Of a DNA stretch of 64,000 nt, positions 47,885-57,989 are shown in pieces. The notes under the pieces were generated by a model. That model was not told where the DNA came from and made no database searches. It saw only the letters and a program-made list of their open reading frames with translations. The translations under genes and the position numbers were made by a program. Within the stretch, counting starts at the first letter, position 1; each line of letters begins with the position of its first letter. Source of the DNA: Nanobdellota archaeon (lineage in GTDB: Archaea; Nanobdellota; Nanobdellia; Parvarchaeales; Parvarchaeaceae); contig JAKAPK010000003.1 of the NCBI GenBank assembly GCA_021807125.1, forward strand, positions 796 through 64,795. The letters are read 5' to 3'.

Positions 47885-48853
47885 ATGGACCTAATAAGTC
47901 ACGTTCTGTTGTCTTACATATTCGCTTATTGGGTGTTTGGTCTGCAAACAAAGTACCTTATCGCTGCATCGATAGCAGGTGCATTACCTGATATGGATGT
48001 TTTGCTGTGGCCTATATCGAGAAAGTTTAAACTATTAAGACACCACGGCATAACACACTCGATTGTAGGAGTATTGTTAATTACTGCGGTAATGGCACCA
48101 GTTTTCTTATGGAATTTCGGTGGTAACCTATATGTGTATGCGCTGATTTTCGCGTTTGGCGGGCTGGGCCATATACTCCTAGATTCTTCTACTCAGTTTA
48201 AAGTATCGCCATTGCTGCCTTTCAAGCAAAATAGTCTAAGATTCGATGCGGATAGAGCCGTAAATATACTCGTTCTTGTGCTTTCATTAGGAGCAATGAT
48301 TGTATTATTACTCGAGATGAACAACGTACCGCTTTATTATTTCACAATCACAATGTATTTTGTGACGCTGTTATATCTCGTATACGCACTTCTTAGGATA
48401 ATCGGCAGGTATAAAGTTAAAAAATATTATATTTCGCATCATATGAACGGAGAGATTCTTGCGACAGCTAATCCGCTTAACTGGTTAATCTTCGGGAGAA
48501 AATTACATAGGCGTTCAATAACGTTGAACCTTTTTAAGTACAATGCGCTAAATGCTAAATGCAAGAAATTAATAAATACACAGTTAAGCAACATCAAACC
48601 AGTAAGGATAAAAACCTTGTCGCAGGCAATAGCATTGTCTTATTCTAAGATTAAAGGTGATTGGCTGATATCATCAACTAGGTGCGTTTTCAAAGCTGCG
48701 AGAAAGGGCAGTTTATGGTCCATAGTCTGGTATTCATTAGATCTTGCCGGTATGGGTTATTCGGCAGCGATATACACTACCATAAACAGAGAAGGGCGTA
48801 TTAGCGTAAAAAGTGGTTGGTATAAAATTAAGGAATTGGGCGTTATATTTTAA
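47885..48853 (+). CDS. membrane-bound metal-dependent hydrolase (YdjM/DUF457 family) with a C-terminal extension
   Basis: MDLISHVLLSY.., GALPDMDVLL and RHHGITHS are the YdjM His/Asp motifs. 5-6 TM helices. Confidence 0.7.
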   Translation: MDLISHVLLSYIFAYWVFGLQTKYLIAASIAGALPDMDVLLWPISRKFKLLRHHGITHSIVGVLLITAVMAPVFLWNFGGNLYVYALIFAFGGLGHILLDSSTQFKVSPLLPFKQNSLRFDADRAVNILVLVLSLGAMIVLLLEMNNVPLYYFTITMYFVTLLYLVYALLRIIGRYKVKKYYISHHMNGEILATANPLNWLIFGRKLHRRSITLNLFKYNALNAKCKKLINTQLSNIKPVRIKTLSQAIALSYSKIKGDWLISSTRCVFKAARKGSLWSIVWYSLDLAGMGYSAAIYTTINREGRISVKSGWYKIKELGVIF

Positions 48854-48868
48854 ATCTTACCGATAAAA

Positions 48869-50608
48869 CTAAGTTGCTGTAACATTATATGAAGGTATGT
48901 TACCATCTTTTCCAAACAAGGAAATTATATAATTATCTCCTGAAAATAGTTCTACTGTCGGGGGCGATATTCTTACTGGTCCATTCTCATTTTCTACTTC
49001 TGTAGCTGGTCCGATCGTTATATCGCCACTTAATGTAAAGGTGTATGTTGCTCCAGCGTTAAGAATGAAACCGGGAGGTAATTGAGTAGGTAAATTCAGT
49101 GTTGTATTCAAGGAGCTGCTAGCTCCACCGGATCCAGGCCCCATATTACCGCCTTGTCCAGGTTCTGGCGAAGACTGCCCATTGCTATACTGCGAGCCAA
49201 GCGTCGGAGCCTGTGTAGGATTTACAGTTACGCTCATTGGAGGAAATCCTAAAGTGCCATTAGCGAATATGAAACGTCCTATAAGCATATTTTCTGAGAA
49301 ACCAGTCTCATTCTGCGTAGGCGCGCTGGGAGGTGGCGAAAATTGGTGCGGGAACCTCATGATTATAATTGTACCATTTGGTACTGGTTCGGTGTTAAAG
49401 TGTGGCGTTTGGAAATTATTACTATTAGCTGAAGCGGGTGTCTGGTTACCTGGCGGTGGATAACTCCCATTTCCAGGGGGGAGATAAGATCCGTTACCAG
49501 GAGGTGGATAAGAGCTGTTGCCTGGTGGGGGGATTGAAGGTATGATAAGAATAGAAGAGCCGGCCGGAACTCTAAATGTAGCTGAAGTAGAATTATGGGC
49601 TATTGCCGATGCGGGTGCTGAGAAGTTAAACATTATCGGTGGCGGAGAGTATGAATTAATAAAACTCGAACCTACGTTTACAACTGTACCGTTCGGAAAT
49701 ATTACTGTTCCGTTTACAGGTACGAATGGCATCCCATTTGTTTGCAGGGAAGGTATATTTATGGAGACGTTTATCGTTGGTAAAAACACTCTCTTTGGTC
49801 CATCAAACATTAAGCCGTCTAGCTCTACAGCTGATGTTCCATTATTCTCTACTGTGACATTCAAAGAAGTATAGTTACCATTTACTTCTATATGAGCGGA
49901 AGTTATTCTAACGTTCCTTGCAGTTCCGAGTCCCGTTAAAATTTGAGTTATATTACTTGTAGAATTAAACCTCAATCTTGTTCCTACTTGTGGCGGTTCT
50001 CCGTTAGGGCTACGTGAACCTCCTGACTCGGGAGCAAAGTTGTCTCCTGGGGAAATAACTGCTTTGACTGTTGGTGTAAGCACAAATACATTCTTATCTG
50101 CAGTTTGTATTTCTGTTATTGATGGTATCAGATCAAAAAGTGCGCCGTTCTTACCGTTTGCGGTGTTGCTGGAGGTTAAATTTACAGTTAGTGTTCCCTC
50201 TCCTATCAACACAGTATAATTTACGCCATTTATTGTTATTATTGAGCTAGAAACGTTTATTTTTATCTGTTTTACCAAAGAACCATTGGATACGTTCGCC
50301 GTGGCTATTACTATCGACTGATTTTGAAGATCCAATACGTTAACCGTGCCTCCTCCTGGCAACAGTATGCTGCTTGTAACCCCATTAGTAGAAACGGATA
50401 GTTGCACTGCGGAATAAGTGACATATAGTGCAGTTGTACCGGACGGGACATCTGCCGGATCGGTAAGACCAACAAAGAAGTTTGCCTGCTTTAATGCAGG
50501 TGTAGAAACGCTTGTAGAAGTTACAAGACCGGAGATATAATATACGCCCATGCCGACGACGAGTATGCCTATAACCGCAAAAATCATGTAGGTGTATAAG
50601 GTATCCAT
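48869..50608 (-). CDS. secreted glycoprotein, DUF4382-like N-terminal domain, with a Pro-rich octapeptide repeat
   Basis: N-terminal anchor. FFVGLTDPADVPSGTTALYVTYSAVQLSV resembles the DUF4382 start. Many sequons. Central PPPGNSSYPPPGNGSYLPPGNGSYPPPGN. Confidence 0.65.
   Translation of the reverse strand: MDTLYTYMIFAVIGILVVGMGVYYISGLVTSTSVSTPALKQANFFVGLTDPADVPSGTTALYVTYSAVQLSVSTNGVTSSILLPGGGTVNVLDLQNQSIVIATANVSNGSLVKQIKINVSSSIITINGVNYTVLIGEGTLTVNLTSSNTANGKNGALFDLIPSITEIQTADKNVFVLTPTVKAVISPGDNFAPESGGSRSPNGEPPQVGTRLRFNSTSNITQILTGLGTARNVRITSAHIEVNGNYTSLNVTVENNGTSAVELDGLMFDGPKRVFLPTINVSINIPSLQTNGMPFVPVNGTVIFPNGTVVNVGSSFINSYSPPPIMFNFSAPASAIAHNSTSATFRVPAGSSILIIPSIPPPGNSSYPPPGNGSYLPPGNGSYPPPGNQTPASANSNNFQTPHFNTEPVPNGTIIIMRFPHQFSPPPSAPTQNETGFSENMLIGRFIFANGTLGFPPMSVTVNPTQAPTLGSQYSNGQSSPEPGQGGNMGPGSGGASSSLNTTLNLPTQLPPGFILNAGATYTFTLSGDITIGPATEVENENGPVRISPPTVELFSGDNYIISLFGKDGNIPSYNVTAT
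49445..49531 (-). repeat. 24-nt tandem repeat (about 3.5 copies) encoding (P-P-G-N-G/S-S-Y-P/L)n
   Basis: The DNA reads ggtggataa(c/g)(t/a)(c/g)c..ccagg repeated. The translation shows each unit carrying an N-G/S-S sequon. Confidence 0.85.
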
Positions 50609-50683
50609 CTTGATTTTAATTATCTTCTACTTATAAGCGTTTATTTAAATAACACGATGCATAACGATGTTACAATACTTTGC

Positions 50684-51430
50684 TTAAATTTCCAAATATA
50701 CTGGTGCATGGTCGGAGCCGTGTACCTTTTCGAGTATTTCTGCGGATTTTATCCTGTTTTTAAGTTCTTCTGAAACGACAAAATAGTCTATTCTCCAACC
50801 GATATTCCGTGATCTGGCATTAAAGCGATAAGTCCACCATGAATAGTGCCCTCCTTCCTTTACGAATATCCTATAAGTATCGATGTATCCTATCTGCAAG
50901 AATCGCGTCATCCAGTCACGTTCCTGTTTCGTAAAACCAGGGTTGTTCTCATTGTCCTTAGGCCTTGCTATATCAATATCTGTGTGCGCAACGTTAAAAT
51001 CACCGCATATTATAACCGGCTTTGTTTTCCTAAGCCTTTCGGAGAACGCTTCTAACTTATTGTTAAAATCCATCTTGAAATCCAGCCTTGTGAGACCGTG
51101 CTGTGAGTTTGGGAAGTAAGCGTTAATAACGAAAAATTCGGGATATTCCAAGGTTATAGTGCGTCCTTCATCATCAAATTTTTGATCGTCTATACCATAT
51201 TTAACAGATAATGGCTTTGTCTTTGACATAGACATTGTGCCACTGTAACCTTTCTTCTTTGAGGGGAAAGCGAAATTCTCATATCCTAACGAATGAAGGG
51301 TCACTGGCACAGAATCGGTTTTTATTTCCTGCATCATAATCACATCGTATTTACCCTTGCTTATGAAATCGGGAAGTCCTTTGCTCAGTGCACTCCTCAG
51401 CCCATTTACATTCCAAGATACAAGACGCAT
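50684..51430 (-). CDS. xth: exodeoxyribonuclease III / AP endonuclease
   Basis: MRLVSWNVNGLR, IMMQEIK, ICGDFNVAH, WWTYR, GWRIDYF and SDHAP are the ExoIII/APE1 family motifs. Confidence 0.92.
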   Translation of the reverse strand: MRLVSWNVNGLRSALSKGLPDFISKGKYDVIMMQEIKTDSVPVTLHSLGYENFAFPSKKKGYSGTMSMSKTKPLSVKYGIDDQKFDDEGRTITLEYPEFFVINAYFPNSQHGLTRLDFKMDFNNKLEAFSERLRKTKPVIICGDFNVAHTDIDIARPKDNENNPGFTKQERDWMTRFLQIGYIDTYRIFVKEGGHYSWWTYRFNARSRNIGWRIDYFVVSEELKNRIKSAEILEKVHGSDHAPVYLEI

Positions 51431-51535
51431 ATCACACAATCCTAAATGCGAGTTTAAAATATTTATAATAGCCTTTTCTACGCTGCACAGCTGAAAATAG
51501 ATTACTATATAAAATCAAGACGGGATTACTTTATT

Positions 51536-52630
51536 ATGCATTACTTTTTAAGTTGCACTTCGTGCGGAAAGAAACTGCCGGAAGATTGTTCTGAATTCAG
51601 GTGTTCCAAATGTAAGGGTATACTAGAGGTAAATTATGACTATAATAAAATCGGGGAGCTATCAAAAACCTCGGCTATAAACAACGAGAGATACAGCTTT
51701 CTATTTCCAATACATCAAAGATTATTTAGTTTAAATGAAGGCGGCACACAACTAGTCGAAAATACTATCTTCGGTATTAAAATAAAATTAAAATTAGAGA
51801 CGCAAAACCCCACGCGCTCCTTCAAAGATCGCGGATCTGCAGTAGAGATAACAAAAGCTATAGAATTCGGGTTTGACGGTGTTTGTTGTGCTTCTACTGG
51901 TAATATGGGACTTTCAATTGCAACTTATGCAAAAATTGCAGGAAAAAAGTGCACGATCTTCATAAGCAAAGATGCATATCCCGACAAAATAGGGAGGATA
52001 AAGGAAGCTGGTGCGGAAGTAGTGGAAGTAGATGGCGACTTCAATGATGCGCTTGATGCTGCAGAAAAGTTTGCAGTCAAAAACGGTTCTTTCTTATGCG
52101 GTGATTATCACTTCAGGAAGGAGGGACAAAAAAGTGTCATGTTTGAAATATTGGAACAGTCTCAATACTCAGTGCCCGACTTCTTATTTGTGCCTGTTGG
52201 AAATGCTACTCTTCTTTCTGCAGTTTATAAGGCGCTTTTGGAGTTCAGGAGACTTTCGCTTATAAAAACGTTTCCGAGGATAGTTGCTGTGCAAGCTTCC
52301 GGGTGTTCTCCTCTAATAGACGCTTACAATAAAAATAAAGAAATAGAGCGTATAAGACCCAAGACTATCGCAGATGCAATAGCCGTCGGTTACCCAACAT
52401 TTGGATTTGAAGGGCTAGAAAGTTTAAGAGCTACCGATGGGGTTGCAATCGCAGTCGATGACGAAGAAATAATTAATGCGCGTAGGATACTAAATGAGAA
52501 CGGTATAAGCTCAGAACCCGGTGGTGCATCTGCTTTTGCAGGTTTTATAAAGCTAAAGAACAAAAACAAGAATTATTTTCACAAAAAGAGTTGCGTAGTT
52601 ATAGTGAGTGGCGACAATGAGAAAATTTAA
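51536..52630 (+). CDS. threonine synthase-like PLP enzyme with an N-terminal zinc ribbon
   Basis: CTSCGKK..FRCSKCKG zinc ribbon. PLP-Lys motif QNPTRSFKDRGS. ASTGNMG. The glycine-rich phosphate loop is retained. Confidence 0.82.
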   Translation: MHYFLSCTSCGKKLPEDCSEFRCSKCKGILEVNYDYNKIGELSKTSAINNERYSFLFPIHQRLFSLNEGGTQLVENTIFGIKIKLKLETQNPTRSFKDRGSAVEITKAIEFGFDGVCCASTGNMGLSIATYAKIAGKKCTIFISKDAYPDKIGRIKEAGAEVVEVDGDFNDALDAAEKFAVKNGSFLCGDYHFRKEGQKSVMFEILEQSQYSVPDFLFVPVGNATLLSAVYKALLEFRRLSLIKTFPRIVAVQASGCSPLIDAYNKNKEIERIRPKTIADAIAVGYPTFGFEGLESLRATDGVAIAVDDEEIINARRILNENGISSEPGGASAFAGFIKLKNKNKNYFHKKSCVVIVSGDNEKI

Positions 52631-52843
52631 ATCAATGTTAATTTAGACATCAAAAACTAAAATTTGGTTTAAATAATAATCTATTTTCAATACTGTGTTG
52701 TAGTACATTAAATAATCTATTAAGTTGTAAAATATACAAATAATTACCATAAAATTTTGTAATTTATCATTAAAAAATTATTTAAAGGACTAACAATCAT
52801 AATAATATTGTAAGTTATTTTTTAGTGAGTGGAGGGGGTTAAA

Positions 52844-55054
52844 ATGACAAGTAAATCGATTGGTTTAGAGGAGTTCTTAGCGTTAAGCAGCGAAAAACCG
52901 AGTCTGCTTTTCAATGCTCCGCAACGTGTTCTCGCGTCAATACTGCGTCTTGGAAAGGATAGCAGAGGACGATGGAATTTCATGTATCGCCAGACAAATG
53001 ATGATAGAAAGATAAATAATTTGTACGGTCTCGATTCCGCAGCAGACGAATTTGTAACCGGTCTTCAAAGAGCAACTCAAAATAAAGAAGAGCGCAAAAA
53101 GGTATTCATAGCTTTAGGTCCTGCCGGTTCCGGTAAGAACGAGTTTGTAAACACTCTAAAGGCAACGTACGACAGTTACTTAGAAAGCGAAGAAGGCGCA
53201 GTGTACAAAGCGAAAATATATGTAAGTAGATTACTAGACAAAAACTTCTCAGAATTCTTCGAATCTGAAGACAAACAGAAAGAGTTCGTGCAATACTTGA
53301 AGACAAACGCTTTCGGTGAAGCGGATAGGATTATGCTGTCTATAGGGAACAATATACAAACAGTATTGTACATGTTCACGAAACACGAAGGTGGAGCCGG
53401 AAAAACGGCTGTAGAAAAAATGATCAATGAAATAAACTCCAATGTAAAGGAAAACTGGAAGAAAGTTGCAATAGACGAAAACGCTGAAAGTTCGACGGTG
53501 CTTCACGTAAAGAGCGTTCTGCTTGATGCGTTTGAAATGTTTGCAAAGGATCCTTCTAAAAAATATGAATTCCTTGAAAGGGCAGTAGCTATAGAAAAAG
53601 GCAAAAAGGGAATTGACACCTTAGTTGCATCTTCTCCAGCAGTGTCCTCCGACAATAAGGACTTTGAATCAAAACAGGTATTTGGCGGGGAAAAAGACCT
53701 TGATATGCTTAAGAAGCTTGATGCAAAAGATTCGAGCCCGCTAGCATACAAATATGGTATAGCTGGAGGCCAAAATCTTCCATCGCCAGCCGGTGGGCTT
53801 TTGGAACTTAGTGAGATGTTAAAAGGGGGCAGTGGATTCAAAAACAAATTCCTTGACTTCATACAGAACAGGCGTGTCGACTTTTCGTCTTCTTTCACTG
53901 AGTCTTACGATGTAGTTGCGGTCGGATCCGGTAATCTTGATGAGATACCTTCCCTTAGGGCGGAATTAAAATCCTATCTAATGAGCAGGCTTAGCATAAT
54001 CGCGTTCCCGTACATGACTAGGAGAAGCGACATCAAAAAATCCCTTGAAGAGATTTATTCAAATGCAAAGAATGAGTTGGACATCCATTATTCTCCAAGA
54101 TTTTTGCATATGTTAAGCCTTCTTTTATCGGAAATATCGATAGAAGAATACCCTAACCTTTCCCTTAAGACTAACTCTGAACTACATGACGGCGTAATGA
54201 GACCTCAATCTAAAGTTTCTATATCGATAGAAGAGATACTTAGGTTCGTAAACTCTAAACCGATAACCGAAAGGAAGGAAGGGATTACTCTTGGACTTCC
54301 TTACAGACATGTAAGCGCGTCGCCTAGCGACTTCCGTAAGCTTGCAAAGAAAGTGCTAGAAAGCAGAATGGAAAAGGGCGGCAAGAACATACCGGAAGAT
54401 CACTTGTGTCTGGATATGGTTTTTGACGACAACAATACTAGCTATCTGGAAGATTTCCTTAACACTATGGACGATGTTACCACTGACACTGCTGGCAGAA
54501 TAAGATCAAAGGTCGGCACAGAAGGATCGGTAGCAAGCACTATAGTGCAGGACGCATTCGATGAATACAGGAAAATGGTCACTAGCGACGTTTCTGCTGC
54601 TTTCATGGGCGATGCCGCAATATCTAAGCCTATAGAAGACTACATAAGACAGGTATACTATTTGCAAAAAGGAACGGAAAAATATGTAGACTATGATGGC
54701 AGACTTAAACCTGTAGACAAAGACGAAATTACCCACTTGGAAGTAAAAGCAGGTCTTAACAGCAACGCAATTAGAGAGGGTGTTGTAAGGACTGTGGACA
54801 GTTACATCCAAGCTGCTTATCCTACTGGCGGCCTTACCAATGATATGATAGCCAAAGCTGCACAAGCCGTAATGGATGAATATCCTCAATTGCAGTCCGC
54901 TGTCATCGAAAGACAATCAGCAGGAAAAACCATATCCGTCGTAGAAGAGGAAGTGATAAGAAGACTTGAAAAACGCGGATACTGCACGGAATGCGCGAAG
55001 GTTGCTATAAACGTTTACAAACAGTATTCGATACAGGTAAAGCACGTACGTTAA
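52844..55054 (+). CDS. PrkA-family AAA-type putative Ser protein kinase (paralog 1)
   Basis: LYGLDSAADEFVTGLQRA..KKVFIALGPAGSGKNEFVNTLK parallels the YeaG/PrkA N-terminus (Walker A). GGAGGGGG lies just upstream of the ATG at 52844. Confidence 0.8.
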   Translation: MTSKSIGLEEFLALSSEKPSLLFNAPQRVLASILRLGKDSRGRWNFMYRQTNDDRKINNLYGLDSAADEFVTGLQRATQNKEERKKVFIALGPAGSGKNEFVNTLKATYDSYLESEEGAVYKAKIYVSRLLDKNFSEFFESEDKQKEFVQYLKTNAFGEADRIMLSIGNNIQTVLYMFTKHEGGAGKTAVEKMINEINSNVKENWKKVAIDENAESSTVLHVKSVLLDAFEMFAKDPSKKYEFLERAVAIEKGKKGIDTLVASSPAVSSDNKDFESKQVFGGEKDLDMLKKLDAKDSSPLAYKYGIAGGQNLPSPAGGLLELSEMLKGGSGFKNKFLDFIQNRRVDFSSSFTESYDVVAVGSGNLDEIPSLRAELKSYLMSRLSIIAFPYMTRRSDIKKSLEEIYSNAKNELDIHYSPRFLHMLSLLLSEISIEEYPNLSLKTNSELHDGVMRPQSKVSISIEEILRFVNSKPITERKEGITLGLPYRHVSASPSDFRKLAKKVLESRMEKGGKNIPEDHLCLDMVFDDNNTSYLEDFLNTMDDVTTDTAGRIRSKVGTEGSVASTIVQDAFDEYRKMVTSDVSAAFMGDAAISKPIEDYIRQVYYLQKGTEKYVDYDGRLKPVDKDEITHLEVKAGLNSNAIREGVVRTVDSYIQAAYPTGGLTNDMIAKAAQAVMDEYPQLQSAVIERQSAGKTISVVEEEVIRRLEKRGYCTECAKVAINVYKQYSIQVKHVR

Positions 55055-55060
55055 GGATTT

Positions 55061-56908
55061 ATGACTCCAGAAAACCTTGAGTCTCTCTTAACGTTAAGAG
55101 AGAAAGCCGTCAAAGAAGGAGAAGAAGCTCCGACAGATAAGACGGTTGCGGAAGTATTAAGCGGCTACATAACCACTTCTGATCTTGATAAAAGAATACG
55201 TGGACTTTACGAAGTAAAAAGAAACATAATTCAGGCCTTAAAAAAAGCTTCTTTCGTTTCCAGGCAGGGTTATATACCTATGATTCTTTTTGTTGGACCG
55301 AGCGCAAGCGGGAAAACGGAAATCGTGGAAGAATTACGTACCATATATTATCAAACAGTCAGGGATAAAACACCGATATATACCTTATCTATATCCGGTG
55401 TTGAGTGTCCATACAGGGAGAATCCATATAATATACTTAGATCCGTAATCCCTTTCAAGTTTAAACTTGAAGGCGTACCTCAAACAACAAAGAAAGGTCC
55501 GGAAATATGCTCGGTGTGCGTAAAGAAACTTGAAGCGCTTGTGTCTGCTGGCAAAGACTCCAAAGATGTAATGATACACAAAACGTCTCCGCAGACTGCT
55601 AATCTGCAACTAAATGACGAACACCTTGCAGATAAGTTCTACACTGTCGTAAAAAATGCTAACAGGAGCTTTCTATTAGTAGCTGCCGACAAAAGTAAAA
55701 TATCAGGTATAAATCCGCGAACGTACGAATTTCTTGTCAATCTATACGATAACTTACTTTCAGACCTACAAGGCAACCATGTGCCATTAGACATGCTGGT
55801 AATAATCAATTCTAATGAAGAGTTCCTCGCCGAATCAAATAACTCTGATAGTTCAGCGCCATTAAAGGAACGTATAATAGAAATCCAGGTAAGACGAAAC
55901 TTATCATATACTGAAGAAGAAAAAATGTATCACGGGTTAAATCTGCCTCTGTTGAGAACCTTTCCTAATGCGCTTAAGTATGTTGCGATAACTAACATCC
56001 TTTCTAGAATAAACGACAAACTCATACAGCAAAAACAGGCTAAGTCAAAACCGTCCAATTCATACAACGCAATGTTTGAGAATGAACCTAAACGGACGAC
56101 TTCTTCAGATAACATTAGAAGAATACATTCTATTTTGACTATACTTGATTTATATGATACTGGTTTGCTCGATCAGTCGAAAATGACCAATTCAATAATA
56201 AATCTGTTGGGAAAGGGAAACCCATACGATGACGTTCTTAACATGATAAAGGAACAGGAAAAATACACTTCTGCATGGGAATCTGGCATATCATTCAGAC
56301 AAGTGACCAACCAATTAAAGACTAAAAATGGCGATTTTAACTTCTCTGATTTCAACAACTATTTAGAACAAAATGCCACAAGAGGGCTTACAGACGAAAA
56401 AATACAATATATAGAGAAGACGGTTGCAGCAGATATAAAATCAAAACTCGATTATCTACTGCTTTGTCACAATTTTGAAGTGCAGGACAAGTCGATAGAC
56501 AGATATACGAAAAAAACAATGGACTACTTAGAATGGAGCTCTGTATCGCATGGCCCCGACGAAGAATTCGATGACCGAGAAGAACTTGTTAAAAAATTGG
56601 AAACGTACATTGACGTTGAAAGGTTAAAATCCGGTTATAAAGCGTACAAAAGTGATAATGCGCCAATAATGGGAAAATTTGAGCCGAACTTCATTCAATT
56701 CTTAGAATATCTTTATCTAACTGATGAACGTTCAATTCTAAAAATGGATGAGGCAGTCCAAAAACAATTATACGAGAAGAATTCCGACCTGCACAAGAAA
56801 ATAAAAGGCCAAATGTTATCAAGATTCTCGTTTTGGGACGAAAGTTTCCTAGAAGCACTTTCGGTATACAAAAATAACAAGTTAGCGGCGGCGTCTCATG
56901 ACTACTGA
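55061..56908 (+). CDS. PrkA-like P-loop protein (paralog 2, 'kinase anchor'-type)
   Basis: ILFVGPSASGKTEIVEEL (Walker A) in a PrkA-like context. 6 nt downstream of paralog 1. Confidence 0.7.
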   Translation: MTPENLESLLTLREKAVKEGEEAPTDKTVAEVLSGYITTSDLDKRIRGLYEVKRNIIQALKKASFVSRQGYIPMILFVGPSASGKTEIVEELRTIYYQTVRDKTPIYTLSISGVECPYRENPYNILRSVIPFKFKLEGVPQTTKKGPEICSVCVKKLEALVSAGKDSKDVMIHKTSPQTANLQLNDEHLADKFYTVVKNANRSFLLVAADKSKISGINPRTYEFLVNLYDNLLSDLQGNHVPLDMLVIINSNEEFLAESNNSDSSAPLKERIIEIQVRRNLSYTEEEKMYHGLNLPLLRTFPNALKYVAITNILSRINDKLIQQKQAKSKPSNSYNAMFENEPKRTTSSDNIRRIHSILTILDLYDTGLLDQSKMTNSIINLLGKGNPYDDVLNMIKEQEKYTSAWESGISFRQVTNQLKTKNGDFNFSDFNNYLEQNATRGLTDEKIQYIEKTVAADIKSKLDYLLLCHNFEVQDKSIDRYTKKTMDYLEWSSVSHGPDEEFDDREELVKKLETYIDVERLKSGYKAYKSDNAPIMGKFEPNFIQFLEYLYLTDERSILKMDEAVQKQLYEKNSDLHKKIKGQMLSRFSFWDESFLEALSVYKNNKLAAASHDY

Positions 56909-57989
56909 AATCGGCGACTCTTTAGAAAAATACAAAAAGAAAATGGAGGAAGAGGGCGATGACCTATACTTCGGTACGGAAGAACTATACGAGATAGTTA
57001 ACGGTCGCGTCGTAGTAAAACAAATCCCGTACAAAGTGAACCCGCGTATAGTTTTTGGCCACGACGATAGCGGACCCGGTGGAGATGGTAGTGGTGATGA
57101 TGACGGTGATGATGATGGCGGAGATAATAACGGTCCTGGAAATGGTAAAAGTAAGCCGAAACGTGGTTTCAATAAAGCCGATATAGTGGACATAGAAAAG
57201 AACTGGGGCATAAAATTCACTAAACCCGGAAGAAAGGAAAAAATTAATTTGGAATATATGATAGCAAGACAAGGCTATCAAGAAAATCAAGATGCAACCT
57301 TAGATGCGATGCTTGAAAGACAGATAATGAGCGGTGAATTCAAAAAACGCGGATTAAAAATAGACATAAAAGAAGAAGATATAAGATATGATCGTGCAGA
57401 TGCAAAGATAACTCTGGAGAACAGTGCCCATTTCATAATAATGCGTGATGTTAGTGGATCTATGGTAGAAACGGCAAACTTGTCGAAGATAATATCACTA
57501 TATGTGGCGATAGGACTGTCTGAGATGTATAAGGATCGTGTGACGAGAGTCTATATTGCGCACACAGACTATGCTTCAGAATATAGCGAAGAGGAATTCT
57601 TTTTGAATGTAATGCCTGGTGGTGGAACATCATTTAGTCCCGCATATTCGATAATAAATTCCATGCTTGAGGGCACTAGCTACGAGACTACTTTGAATTA
57701 CCCTAGAAAAATAGACTACAACACAGATGATGTGTACGTATTGCATATAACTGATGGAGAGGCTTTCGACAGGCCTCAAAGCTTGGAAGAGATTTCTAAA
57801 ATGATACCGAAGATAACGCGTTTGATGTATCTGCAGATAGGTGGCATGGATAAAAGTTTTGGCGATGATCTAGAATCGAGATTTGGGGATAAGATAAGAA
57901 CTAGTTATATCAGCCCGCAAAATACTATGTCAAACGTAAAGAAAGCCGTTACAGAATTAATGGGGGGAACAAACAGTGATGGAAGCTGA
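56898..57989 (+). CDS. YeaH/YhbH (DUF444) family protein with a vWA/MIDAS motif
   Basis: Gly/Asp-rich N-terminal tract (GPGGDGSGDDDGDDDGGDNNGPGNG), the MIDAS-like IIMRDVSGSM, and HITDGEA. Overlaps the upstream gene by 11 nt. Confidence 0.85.
   Translation: MTTEIGDSLEKYKKKMEEEGDDLYFGTEELYEIVNGRVVVKQIPYKVNPRIVFGHDDSGPGGDGSGDDDGDDDGGDNNGPGNGKSKPKRGFNKADIVDIEKNWGIKFTKPGRKEKINLEYMIARQGYQENQDATLDAMLERQIMSGEFKKRGLKIDIKEEDIRYDRADAKITLENSAHFIIMRDVSGSMVETANLSKIISLYVAIGLSEMYKDRVTRVYIAHTDYASEYSEEEFFLNVMPGGGTSFSPAYSIINSMLEGTSYETTLNYPRKIDYNTDDVYVLHITDGEAFDRPQSLEEISKMIPKITRLMYLQIGGMDKSFGDDLESRFGDKIRTSYISPQNTMSNVKKAVTELMGGTNSDGS

Noticed and set aside
56882-57220. 112-aa Pro/Ser-rich ORF on the minus strand
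   Set aside because: It mirrors the Gly/Asp-rich tract of the DUF444 gene. It lies entirely inside well-supported plus-strand genes.
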